Source: an uncultured Gammaproteobacteria bacterium (GTDB lineage: Bacteria > Patescibacteriota > Microgenomatia > UBA8517 > JACQJR01). From it: a stretch of DNA of 33,177 bases. Under the pieces are notes generated by a model, which saw nothing but the letters and a program-made list of their open reading frames with translations, made no database searches and was not told where the DNA came from. The stretch spans positions 5,693 to 38,869 of the forward strand of contig CAYIKF010000003.1 of assembly GCA_964363945.1 (NCBI GenBank). The letters run 5' to 3'. The stretch's first letter is position 1. Every line of letters starts with the position of its first letter. A program made the translations under genes and the position numbers. Positions 21,878-30,144 of this stretch are shown here, piece by piece.

Positions 21878-22884
21878 AATTTTTTAAATAATTCTTCATA
21901 CTGCTTTGCAATTTTGTCCCAAGAGAATTTTTCTGCTTGACGACGAGGTTTGTCTCCCTGTTTGGCATTCAGTGCCTTTTTCAGAGCGGCAGCATAAGCA
22001 TTTGTATCTGTTGGATTAACTAAAATCCCCGCATCACCTACTATTTCTTCCCTTATCAAGTCATTATTTGCAACCACGGGTAGGTTTGTCGCCATTGCCT
22101 CAACAAGAACAATTTCAAAAGAATGGTAGGATTCTGAAGGAATAGTAAATACATCCGCTACCCTATACGCAGTAGGCAACTCTTCATATGACATTTTAAT
22201 TAATTGAAACTGCTCGCCAAGAAGCTTCATCCCTAACTTGTGTATTTTTTCTCTTAGTGGACCATCCCCTACCACCAAAATACTCGCGTTCCCAAACGCA
22301 GCTGTCGCTTTAATTGCCAAGTCAACTCTTTTACCCACAGTTAATGCTGCAACGCAAAGCACAATTGGATGCTTTAATTGAGTAGAAAATTTTCGACCGC
22401 TGGGTGAGAACTTTTGTAAATCCACACCATTAGGGATATATTGAACTCTCACCAGCGGATTCGCTTTTTTAGCCCAATCTCCTGCAAAACTTGAAATAGC
22501 CACAAAAACATTTGGAAAACTCCATAAATTATGTCTGTCATCCCATCCCATCCCCGACTGTCCACTGATTATCACTTTCCCACCATATAACCATGTAACA
22601 ATACGAACAAACGTTGACTGCCATCCACCATTCAATGGAATAACAATATCAAATTTCTCCTTCCAAAGGAGAGGAAGGGTTTTGAGTGTAAACCACAATA
22701 TGTAGAGACCGTTAGGATCGACAAAAAAGTGCCAGACAAAAGGCCATCTCTTTGGTGGAATTTTATTTCCACTCATTACCACAATCTCATGGTTTCTTTT
22801 TAATCTTTCCGAGAGCTCCCGCACGAATGTCTCTGCACCCCTTTGCACCTGGCCTTGATAAATATTTAAAAATACCACTCTCAT
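21874..22884 (-). CDS. GT4-family glycosyltransferase (start at Met8 of the track ORF)
   Basis: MRVVFLNIYQGQVQRGAETFVREL N-terminus. The ATG at 22884 forms an ATGA overlap with the upstream stop. C-terminal block IPSESYHSFEIVLVEAMATNLPVVANN ... FSWDKIAKQY. Confidence 0.85.
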   Translation of the reverse strand: MRVVFLNIYQGQVQRGAETFVRELSERLKRNHEIVVMSGNKIPPKRWPFVWHFFVDPNGLYILWFTLKTLPLLWKEKFDIVIPLNGGWQSTFVRIVTWLYGGKVIISGQSGMGWDDRHNLWSFPNVFVAISSFAGDWAKKANPLVRVQYIPNGVDLQKFSPSGRKFSTQLKHPIVLCVAALTVGKRVDLAIKATAAFGNASILVVGDGPLREKIHKLGMKLLGEQFQLIKMSYEELPTAYRVADVFTIPSESYHSFEIVLVEAMATNLPVVANNDLIREEIVGDAGILVNPTDTNAYAAALKKALNAKQGDKPRRQAEKFSWDKIAKQYEELFKKL

Positions 22885-24272
22885 TTTGCGCGCTCCCATA
22901 GCCAAACTCCCGGCTTTACTTCTTCCTCTTTAGTATAGTGCTCCTCTATCCAGCGAACAATTTTTTGTGGTTGATAAGTCCCTAAGTCAAACCAGTTTCC
23001 CGGGGAAGGTGTACGCCAGAAAATAAAGTGTGGTGGCCCACCAGCTGACGAATTTTCCCAGCGGGCGATAATTTCCTCCTGAACGCCAGGAATTTCAAGA
23101 TACCATCCGAAATTGTCAGTCCAACGTTTTGGGGGAACTCTCCCTGCCATTACATAAAGTCCTGAGTGGAGACCCAATAGAAAAACTTTTTCGCTCTGCG
23201 GAACTTTACTTTGAATCGTTTGTGCTAATTCCAAATCCTCTTTTGCGTAAAACCGTGTTTCTCTTCCCCACTCGCTAGAAAGGAGCGGACGATGGATAGC
23301 AAAGAAGATAAGTAATAAGTAAGAAGTAATAAGTAATAACTTAAATCTTTTTATTTTCATTTGATTAAAAAGCAAACCATAAAGAATAACCAGAAAAACG
23401 AGAGCTGTTTGAAAGTGAAAAAAAGAAAAACGAGGATAGATTATGATAAGCGCAATTACTAGAAAGGGGAATAAAACTTGAAATACTGAATCTTTAAGAA
23501 TTTCCTTATTCTTAATGATGATAATTAAAAGTGGCACAAGTAAAAAAATACTTATAAATGCTTGCCCAGGAGATACCTCCATATGCACATATCCCGGAAA
23601 TTTACCAAACTGCGTAAGAGGATAAATAATTGTCCAGTTTAAAAAATCAACGAGCGCTCCCTCTTGTAAAAGCCTAATCAAAAGTGGAATCCCTAAAATC
23701 AAAGGACCATAAAATAAGTATTTCAATTGATTAAAACTTGTTTTCTTAATAAGAAGTAAATATAAAATAGTAAATAACAAATATAATCCTGCTGTTTGTT
23801 TGGTAAGAGCAGCCGCTGCAAAAAATAATCCTGCCAAGAATAAATTATGTCTTAACAAAAATAGTGTTCCCAAAAGGATTGGGAGAACAATTGCAATATC
23901 AAACCATAGCATGTTTCCTTCGAGAAAGGGCTGCAAAAAGATATACGCCGCAACGGCAAAAAACGCCGGTGCATCGCGGCGGGTTGTGGAGCGAGTAATA
24001 ATAAACACAAGAATATCACTTACAAGAATTACCGCCCATGCTACACTTTTGAGTACCCAAAGATGATAGCCAAAAAGCGTGTACGCCCACGAAAGTGCCA
24101 TGGTAAGAAGCGGAGGATACGGATGAATCATATCTTTATAGATGAGAAATCCGTGATTACGAAGATAAGAATACGAAAGCATCTCAGGCCAGGCAGTAAA
24201 TTGAAGATTGGCTAGGAAAAAAAAGTGAAGCCCCAGTAGTAAAACAATCAGAATGTATGTCCCATATCTCAT
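22881..24272 (-). CDS. polytopic membrane protein, putative GT-C-type glycosyltransferase
   Basis: The ORF was trimmed to Met51 (MRYGTYILIVLLLGLHFFF) because that ATG forms an ATGA overlap with the methyltransferase stop (24269-24272). It has about 12 hydrophobic segments followed by a soluble C-terminal domain. The architecture is ArnT/PMT-like. The family call is tentative. Confidence 0.55.
   Translation of the reverse strand: MRYGTYILIVLLLGLHFFFLANLQFTAWPEMLSYSYLRNHGFLIYKDMIHPYPPLLTMALSWAYTLFGYHLWVLKSVAWAVILVSDILVFIITRSTTRRDAPAFFAVAAYIFLQPFLEGNMLWFDIAIVLPILLGTLFLLRHNLFLAGLFFAAAALTKQTAGLYLLFTILYLLLIKKTSFNQLKYLFYGPLILGIPLLIRLLQEGALVDFLNWTIIYPLTQFGKFPGYVHMEVSPGQAFISIFLLVPLLIIIIKNKEILKDSVFQVLFPFLVIALIIIYPRFSFFHFQTALVFLVILYGLLFNQMKIKRFKLLLITSYLLLIFFAIHRPLLSSEWGRETRFYAKEDLELAQTIQSKVPQSEKVFLLGLHSGLYVMAGRVPPKRWTDNFGWYLEIPGVQEEIIARWENSSAGGPPHFIFWRTPSPGNWFDLGTYQPQKIVRWIEEHYTKEEEVKPGVWLWERAK
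23310..23339. repeat. tandem heptamer array AAGTAAT AAGTAAG AAGTAAT AAGTAAT inside a membrane-protein ORF
   Basis: Read directly. It encodes LLITSYLLLI, part of a TM segment. Confidence 0.85.
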
Positions 24273-25090
24273 ACTTTTTGTGCAATAACTGTTACTCCAC
24301 TCCCCATTCCCATCTTTATTAAAATAAAAGAAGGAAGGAAAGTTATAATATTCGTAAAAAATCGTTTTCTTAGTTTTACCAAACTCTGCCAGATTTCTTT
24401 CGCGGGATTTCCATAGTTCCATACTCCTGAATGTGTTTCACAATAAAGCATTTTAAATCCTACTTTTTCCAAAAGAAGTGAGAGCGCTTGAGGAGTAAAG
24501 TGCCAGCGATGCTCTTTTGGTAAAATATAAGCCCAATGAGCACCCCATATCCGTGCAGTTAGACTTGCAAAATTTGGAGCATCAATAAAAATAAGCCCGT
24601 CTTTTTTCAAAACAGCATTTGCCTTCTGTAAGACCTCTAGTGGATTTTCCATATGCTCAAGAACATGGTTAAAAATAATAAGATCAAAACTGTTGTGAGA
24701 GATGTCAGCATTTTCAAAGGTCGCAACTATTGTTGGAATTTTTCTCTTTTGTGCGGCAGAAGCGGCTGGTTTTGATGGTTCAATTCCTTGGACTTCCCAG
24801 TCTTGCTGCTTTAATAGGGATAAAAAAATTCCAGTGGATGAACCAATCTCAAGAACTTTGCCCTTCTTTTTGAACTTAGAAATTATCTTCACCCTTTTTT
24901 CAAAAATATTCCTAAACTGTTCTTTTTCTTTGATGTAAACCTGATCTCTGTGGTAAGCAGCATATTGTCGTTGCTTACCTCTTTGCTCTGTAGCGCCTAA
25001 GCCACAAGCTTTGCACTGCAAAATTTTAATTCCTTCATTTTCACCTAAAAGCTTAAATCTTTTCCCACAACTGATACACTTTCTATTCAT
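24269..25090 (-). CDS. class I SAM-dependent methyltransferase with N-terminal Cys4 zinc-ribbon
   Basis: 273-aa ORF. CISCGKRF...CKACG ribbon, motif I VLEIGSSTGIFLSLL, and FDLIIFNHVLEHMENP. Confidence 0.85.
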   Translation of the reverse strand: MNRKCISCGKRFKLLGENEGIKILQCKACGLGATEQRGKQRQYAAYHRDQVYIKEKEQFRNIFEKRVKIISKFKKKGKVLEIGSSTGIFLSLLKQQDWEVQGIEPSKPAASAAQKRKIPTIVATFENADISHNSFDLIIFNHVLEHMENPLEVLQKANAVLKKDGLIFIDAPNFASLTARIWGAHWAYILPKEHRWHFTPQALSLLLEKVGFKMLYCETHSGVWNYGNPAKEIWQSLVKLRKRFFTNIITFLPSFILIKMGMGSGVTVIAQKV

Positions 25091-25099
25091 ATATGGTTA

Positions 25100-25972
25100 T
25101 TAGTATCCTACTTTTGTGCCTTTAATTAATCGCCTTTTTAATTTTTTAAATGGCGTTTCTATGCTAGCACGAATTGTATAGCTAGTACTCCGCTTTATCC
25201 ATGGGAAAGGTACGATTCCTGGACGTGGTCTAAAAAATACTTCCGGATAATAAAAATCAGATGGAAATGGAATTCCTAGCTCGTATTTAAATTTGTGAAC
25301 TCTTTTGGGAACTAATAAGTCCTTTTCTCGCGAAACTGTTCTGGGGAGAAAGGTAGCATGAAGGTATGGTGCATCAACAAATAAAATCTTTTGAGCGCTC
25401 CTGTTTTGAATCATTCTGTTATCACCATCCACCCAGCCCCATTTCCCGTGTGGGCCAGCAGAATGCAGTCCCGGAATACTACGGTTTACCGCGCGCAAAT
25501 TGAAGTGTCCCCTCTTTCCTGCAAGATGATACTGACCCGCCGCTTCTTCCTGATAATGATATATATCACCAATCAAGTTAATTGTCGGCACCACTATTGA
25601 TTCTATTTCTTTTCCCTTATCACTTAATTCGAGCTTGCGAGAATCAAACTCGTTTATCACTTCTTTCACTTTCTGTATTGATTCTTCCCACCAAATTTCA
25701 TCTCCATCAACCATAATAAACCAGTCGGTGCTTGTGGAGTTTAACATCTCTTGGCGAACTTTAGTAAAACCTATGAGGTCTACTTCTCCAACTTCTCGCA
25801 AATCAATTTCTTTATTAGTTGATTTCTTTATTTCCTTTAAGATCTCCAGTGTTCCATCTGTACTTCCCGTATCCCAAAGAAGCACTTTATCTACATAATT
25901 AATAACAGACATTACCGCATACCACACAAACCTCGCTTCGTTTTTAACTAACGTATGAGCGGTTATAGTCAT
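25100..25972 (-). CDS. GT2-like glycosyltransferase (divergent)
   Basis: The ORF was trimmed to Met9 (MTITAHTLVKNEARF), whose ATG forms an ATGA overlap at 25969-25972. Blocks WDTGSTDGTLEIL and FIMVDGDEIWWEE (DxD-type). Confidence 0.62.
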   Translation of the reverse strand: MTITAHTLVKNEARFVWYAVMSVINYVDKVLLWDTGSTDGTLEILKEIKKSTNKEIDLREVGEVDLIGFTKVRQEMLNSTSTDWFIMVDGDEIWWEESIQKVKEVINEFDSRKLELSDKGKEIESIVVPTINLIGDIYHYQEEAAGQYHLAGKRGHFNLRAVNRSIPGLHSAGPHGKWGWVDGDNRMIQNRSAQKILFVDAPYLHATFLPRTVSREKDLLVPKRVHKFKYELGIPFPSDFYYPEVFFRPRPGIVPFPWIKRSTSYTIRASIETPFKKLKRRLIKGTKVGY

Positions 25973-27243
25973 TTTTGTGCGCGCAGTGCGTGCCATGCGG
26001 CTGTGAAACTCACTATCATTGTCAAAAGATTAACCATCCCTAATGCGAACACCGGCGCGAAAACACCAATTTTGGGAATGAGGTAAAAGTTGACAAGAAG
26101 CACAAGAGGAAGGGTAACAAGCGATGTTGCGGCAATAATATATGGTTTTTGGAACGCATAAATTAAAAGATTGACCGCGGGAGTAGCAAGGGCGAACGGA
26201 ATGTACACCGCAAGCAACGCTTGTAGTACCACACCTGAACTTGCGTATTGCGGCCCGAAAAGTGTAATGATAAAGGGAGCAATAAGGATACCAAGTATTA
26301 AACCTATGGAAATAATAACAGAAATTCCCATTGCCCGCTTAAAATAAGAGACGAGGGCTTTCTCTCCTAGAGACGCGTAACTTGGAGCCAAAACTGTTGC
26401 AAAGCTACCTATAATAAGTGGAACGCCCAAGGCAACACTGCTCGCGGCTGAGTAAATGCCAGCTTGATACGTACCCGCAAGCTGGAGAAGCAACAATACA
26501 TCCACCCTTGAATTAACTGAAGAAACAACCCTATTTACACTCATCCAAGAGGAGAACGCCGCAATCTCGCGTATCATCTTCTTCCACCCTGGAACAAAAC
26601 CAATTGATACCCGCTGCCAAAAGAGTGAAATAAACCACGAAAAGATTGGGGCTGCGGCGAACACAAAAAGCACGCTCATAATGTTTATAATTCCTGCCAA
26701 GAAAACCACCGCAAGAAACACCATACGTAGAATATTAGTAAGAGTTATAAAAAGAGCAGCTTGCCTCCAATTTTGTTTTACCTCGCTTGTTACCACTTGA
26801 AAATCCATAAGTAAAAACCCAAATAGGGAAAGGGCGGCAAAAATAATAAGAAACATCTCTTCTTGCTTAAAAATTAAAAGCGAGAGTGGGCGGGCAAAGA
26901 GCAAAAGCGCTAAAACTAAAAAGATGCCAATTACAACTCTTACAGTAAATAGTGCAGACAGAACTGTTCGAGCCTCTCCCAATTTCCCAGAACTCCACTT
27001 TGCGGAAACAAACCGAAAAAGTGCAGCCCCCAGTCCCAGCTCCCCTACAGCAAAAATAATGGTGGTAAAGCTGGCAACAGCTGCAACTATTCCCCAATTC
27101 TCTGGTCCAAGAAACCGTGCAGCCACAATTGTAAATACGATTGCCAAAGCAGAAGAAACAGCATTACCCACAAATACTATCGAGGCATCCTTTGTCACCC
27201 TTGAGAAAACAAGCTCTCGGACTTGTGTCAATAGTTCAAACAT
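25969..27243 (-). CDS. MOP-superfamily oligosaccharide flippase (Wzx-like)
   Basis: About 424-aa polytopic ORF from Met16 (MFELLTQVRELVFSRVTKDASIVFVGNAVSSALAIVFTIVAARFLGPENWG), a typical Wzx/polysaccharide-biosynthesis-protein N-terminus with about 12 TM segments. Confidence 0.78.
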   Translation of the reverse strand: MFELLTQVRELVFSRVTKDASIVFVGNAVSSALAIVFTIVAARFLGPENWGIVAAVASFTTIIFAVGELGLGAALFRFVSAKWSSGKLGEARTVLSALFTVRVVIGIFLVLALLLFARPLSLLIFKQEEMFLIIFAALSLFGFLLMDFQVVTSEVKQNWRQAALFITLTNILRMVFLAVVFLAGIINIMSVLFVFAAAPIFSWFISLFWQRVSIGFVPGWKKMIREIAAFSSWMSVNRVVSSVNSRVDVLLLLQLAGTYQAGIYSAASSVALGVPLIIGSFATVLAPSYASLGEKALVSYFKRAMGISVIISIGLILGILIAPFIITLFGPQYASSGVVLQALLAVYIPFALATPAVNLLIYAFQKPYIIAATSLVTLPLVLLVNFYLIPKIGVFAPVFALGMVNLLTMIVSFTAAWHALRAQK

Positions 27244-29941
27244 CTTTACCTCTATCTTTAGAGTAAAACCAAAGAAAAATAACTGCAAGCGAAAATATAG
27301 CAGCTAAACTTATATATCCTCCCCAAAGTACATGTTCCTGTCCCACAAAAGTAATCTCTATATCTTGCCAATTAGGCAAAACATAGAATCCATTTATCAT
27401 AGAGTAAAGTGGGTAAGAAGGCAGAAATTCCCTCCCCTTTTTCAACTTCCATTGTGAATGATAACTATCTGTAAAAATAATCCAATTATTCTGGGGCGGA
27501 TTAACTTTATATCGAACCGGGTTTATCATCTCGTAATCCACCTGTCTCCATTGACTAATGTTGGCTAATTGCTGCAATTCTTGCTCATCACCCTTCCCGT
27601 CAATCCTTACCACTGGAAAATCTCTCAGAAAATTTTGTGTTAATTTCTGCGCTTCCTCCCAATCCTTCTTTGGAACAAAAGCTACTGTATTAAGAGCATG
27701 AAATCCATTAATATTCTTAAACGCTACTCTTTTCTGACCCTTTTTTAGAGAAAATCCTTCTCTTATATACCATTCAAAATGGTATTTCGTATTGTAAGTA
27801 ATTGGGGACCCGTAAAATAAATCTACTCCCAACTGCTCATCCTTGTCCCTAGTTAACGTTCTTGCGGCAAAAACATATTCACCGTCAGATAAAACATCAA
27901 TATCGAAGTAAATCCACTCATCGGCAACAGAAGAAAATGCAATACCTTTACCATAATCAAATTCTTTTGTATCCACACCATTAATCAAAAACTCATATTT
28001 CCATTTCAAATAATCGTCAGCAGAACGCAGCGCCCATTGCGAAGGTCCTTTTACTCCCTTAGTTGCCTCTCTTGGAGAAACAAAATGCTTCTGTAAAAAA
28101 CTCATGGTTAAATCAATCTCGTCTTTTTCAGTGAAAACTAAAATCGCAGACTGCGAGGCAATCCTCTGCAAATTCCTTGGATCAAATTTTCCATCCTCAA
28201 GAAACACGAAAGCCTGGTTGCCTACGGAAAAATTTTTATCTTTTTCTTTGAGTTTTTGATAAATATCCTCACTTCCTATAACAGCAATTAATTTATCAAC
28301 CGAAAATATATGAGGCTTTGTATCAACAAGACTATAAACAGGGAAACTCACTCCCCAGTCTTCTTTTAACAAACCAGATGTAGAAGCTGTTAAAGTTAAA
28401 AGATTATTCCAGTCTTGTTGTTGCGTTTCATTTAGTTGAAATGTTCGTGGGTCTCCCGAAAAAACAAGATACTTAATTCCCAAAAGGTCAAACCATTCCA
28501 AAAAAGAAGAATCGTGCACAAAATTGAATGCGTCATACGTTCCCACATTGAGCGAGGCAAAAGGGCGCTCTTCCAATAATCTTTTCGCATCAAGTGCTTG
28601 TTTCCCCTCTGTATGAAACCCAAATGGATGGCGTTCTGGAAACCATGCTGTTCTAAAAAAACTTGAGTCCCCTCTTAACTTCTCGTATACAATCTCTAAG
28701 TCGTGAGGAAATTCCCTACCAGACAACACCCCGTGCAAACCGCCTAGGAGCGCAGGGTGTATTAGGAAAAGCAAATATGCATATACCGCGAAGGACGCCA
28801 GGAAATTTACACCCGCACTAAAGGGTGTAAAGAAACCTTTCAAAAGACCGCCAATACGCTCAACAGTTATACCAATTAACATTCCTCCAAAAAGAAGAAG
28901 TGGTGCAAAAAATTTAGTGGAGTCACGAAAAGCGACAGCAAAAGGGACATTTCTCACCACCCACTCGTACCATTCACCAAATGGTGCCGTCTCTCCCTTG
29001 ACTAAGAAAGTAAAAAGTAAAAAGTAAAAAGTAAAAAGTAAAATCTTTTTATTTGGCCTAAGAAGCAAATTAGCAAATATTAAAAGTGGAATACCTACAA
29101 AATAAAACGGGGGCGGAAAAACTCTTCCAAACTCATTCCCTGGCCAATGTGGCTGAAAGAGAAGAAGAGGATTGAGTAATGAAATAAGCTGAAGGCTTGA
29201 AACAGAGACGCTTAAATTCCCACCTATTAAACTTGGAATAATCCAATAAGAATTTGCGGCAATTGTTAAAAAAATAAGTGGAATTAGAAATTTAAGATTT
29301 TTAACAGTGTTTCCTTGGCGGCTCTCTATCCAGTCAATAAAAACCCAAACAACCAGAGCAAGAATACCAATAGCAGCAATGCGAGGATCAATAACTGATA
29401 GAACAATTAAGAAAAATAAAGAACAAAGAAAATTTTTAAAACGAGGGATATCAATTAACTTCCTAAGAAAGAGAAGAGTTAATGGGAAAAATCCATAAGC
29501 AAGTGCCACGCCGACTTGCCCACCATCAACAAGAAGCAAAAAATACGTATTAAGTGTATAAACAAGCGAGGCAAAAAATTGAACAACCCTTGAATACCCT
29601 AGGTATCGCGCAAAAAAGATAGGGGTACTCAGTGAAAGAAGAGTTGCCGGGAAATAGAAAAGTATCCTAATTATTAAATCGTTATCAAGACCGAAAAGCT
29701 TGTGCAGTATCCCGTATACAAACATTAAAGGAGAGAGCCAAAGAAGAGAATTTATCCCGCCAAAGTTATTTCCATTATCAGTCCAAAGATAGGGTTTTGC
29801 GACCAATTCTTTTAAACCTTCGGGGTAAAAATAAGGGGCATCTCCCCAGACGAGTGGTGATGGTGTAAAAAATGCCCTAAACGCTAAAAGAGTGGGAACG
29901 GCAAGTCCGAGAAAAACCAAAATGTTATACTTTTGTATCAT
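27236..29941 (-). CDS. large polytopic membrane protein, GT-C-like N-terminal half plus extracytoplasmic C-terminal half ending in a YfhO-like module and TM anchor
   Basis: About 900 aa from the ATG at 29941. The track start at 29962 is a GTG. It has many TM segments in the first ~420 aa. The C-terminal tail FTDSYHSQWKLKKG...EITFVGQEHVLWGGYISLAAIFSLAVIF parallels the tails of 30145..32124 and 32402..33177. Confidence 0.6.
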   Translation of the reverse strand: MIQKYNILVFLGLAVPTLLAFRAFFTPSPLVWGDAPYFYPEGLKELVAKPYLWTDNGNNFGGINSLLWLSPLMFVYGILHKLFGLDNDLIIRILFYFPATLLSLSTPIFFARYLGYSRVVQFFASLVYTLNTYFLLLVDGGQVGVALAYGFFPLTLLFLRKLIDIPRFKNFLCSLFFLIVLSVIDPRIAAIGILALVVWVFIDWIESRQGNTVKNLKFLIPLIFLTIAANSYWIIPSLIGGNLSVSVSSLQLISLLNPLLLFQPHWPGNEFGRVFPPPFYFVGIPLLIFANLLLRPNKKILLFTFYFLLFTFLVKGETAPFGEWYEWVVRNVPFAVAFRDSTKFFAPLLLFGGMLIGITVERIGGLLKGFFTPFSAGVNFLASFAVYAYLLFLIHPALLGGLHGVLSGREFPHDLEIVYEKLRGDSSFFRTAWFPERHPFGFHTEGKQALDAKRLLEERPFASLNVGTYDAFNFVHDSSFLEWFDLLGIKYLVFSGDPRTFQLNETQQQDWNNLLTLTASTSGLLKEDWGVSFPVYSLVDTKPHIFSVDKLIAVIGSEDIYQKLKEKDKNFSVGNQAFVFLEDGKFDPRNLQRIASQSAILVFTEKDEIDLTMSFLQKHFVSPREATKGVKGPSQWALRSADDYLKWKYEFLINGVDTKEFDYGKGIAFSSVADEWIYFDIDVLSDGEYVFAARTLTRDKDEQLGVDLFYGSPITYNTKYHFEWYIREGFSLKKGQKRVAFKNINGFHALNTVAFVPKKDWEEAQKLTQNFLRDFPVVRIDGKGDEQELQQLANISQWRQVDYEMINPVRYKVNPPQNNWIIFTDSYHSQWKLKKGREFLPSYPLYSMINGFYVLPNWQDIEITFVGQEHVLWGGYISLAAIFSLAVIFLWFYSKDRGKDV
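29007..29043. repeat. tandem heptamer array GTAAAAA x5.3 inside the large membrane-protein ORF
   Basis: Read directly. G recurs at 29010, 29017, 29024, 29031 and 29038. It encodes ILLFTFYFLLFTFL, a TM-like segment. Confidence 0.92.
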
Positions 29942-30089
29942 ACAAAACCTGCCATAAGACACTCACAAGAAGCAAAACATAAAGATAGTTTGTTATTTTG
30001 ATGGCGAATCCTGGATGATTGGTTGCTAAAAGAAAACCAACAACTAAAAATCCAGCTAGAGAGAAAAGAAGTAGCAAATTTCTTAGCAT
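29925..30089 (-). CDS. candidate 54-aa two-TM small membrane protein (below the ORF-track cutoff)
   Basis: Hand translation of the minus strand from the ATG at 30089 gives MLRNLLLLFSLAGFLVVGFLLATNHPGFAIKITNYLYVLLLVSVLWQVLYDTKV, with TAA at 29927-29925. It overlaps the ATG of the large membrane protein gene by 17 nt. There is no homology evidence. Confidence 0.3.
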   Translation of the reverse strand: MLRNLLLLFSLAGFLVVGFLLATNHPGFAIKITNYLYVLLLVSVLWQVLYDTKV

Positions 30090-30144
30090 AGTTGTCTTCA
30101 AATTATACTAGAAACAACCGCCTCTTCATAGTACACTGCTCTTA

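Noticed and set aside
30104-30109. TATACT -10-like hexamer 35 nt upstream of the yfhO-like ATG, as a promoter.
   Set aside because: There is no acceptable -35 hexamer at 16-18 nt spacing (TCTTAG/CTTAGC), and AT-rich DNA gives many such hexamers. It is not supportable from sequence alone.
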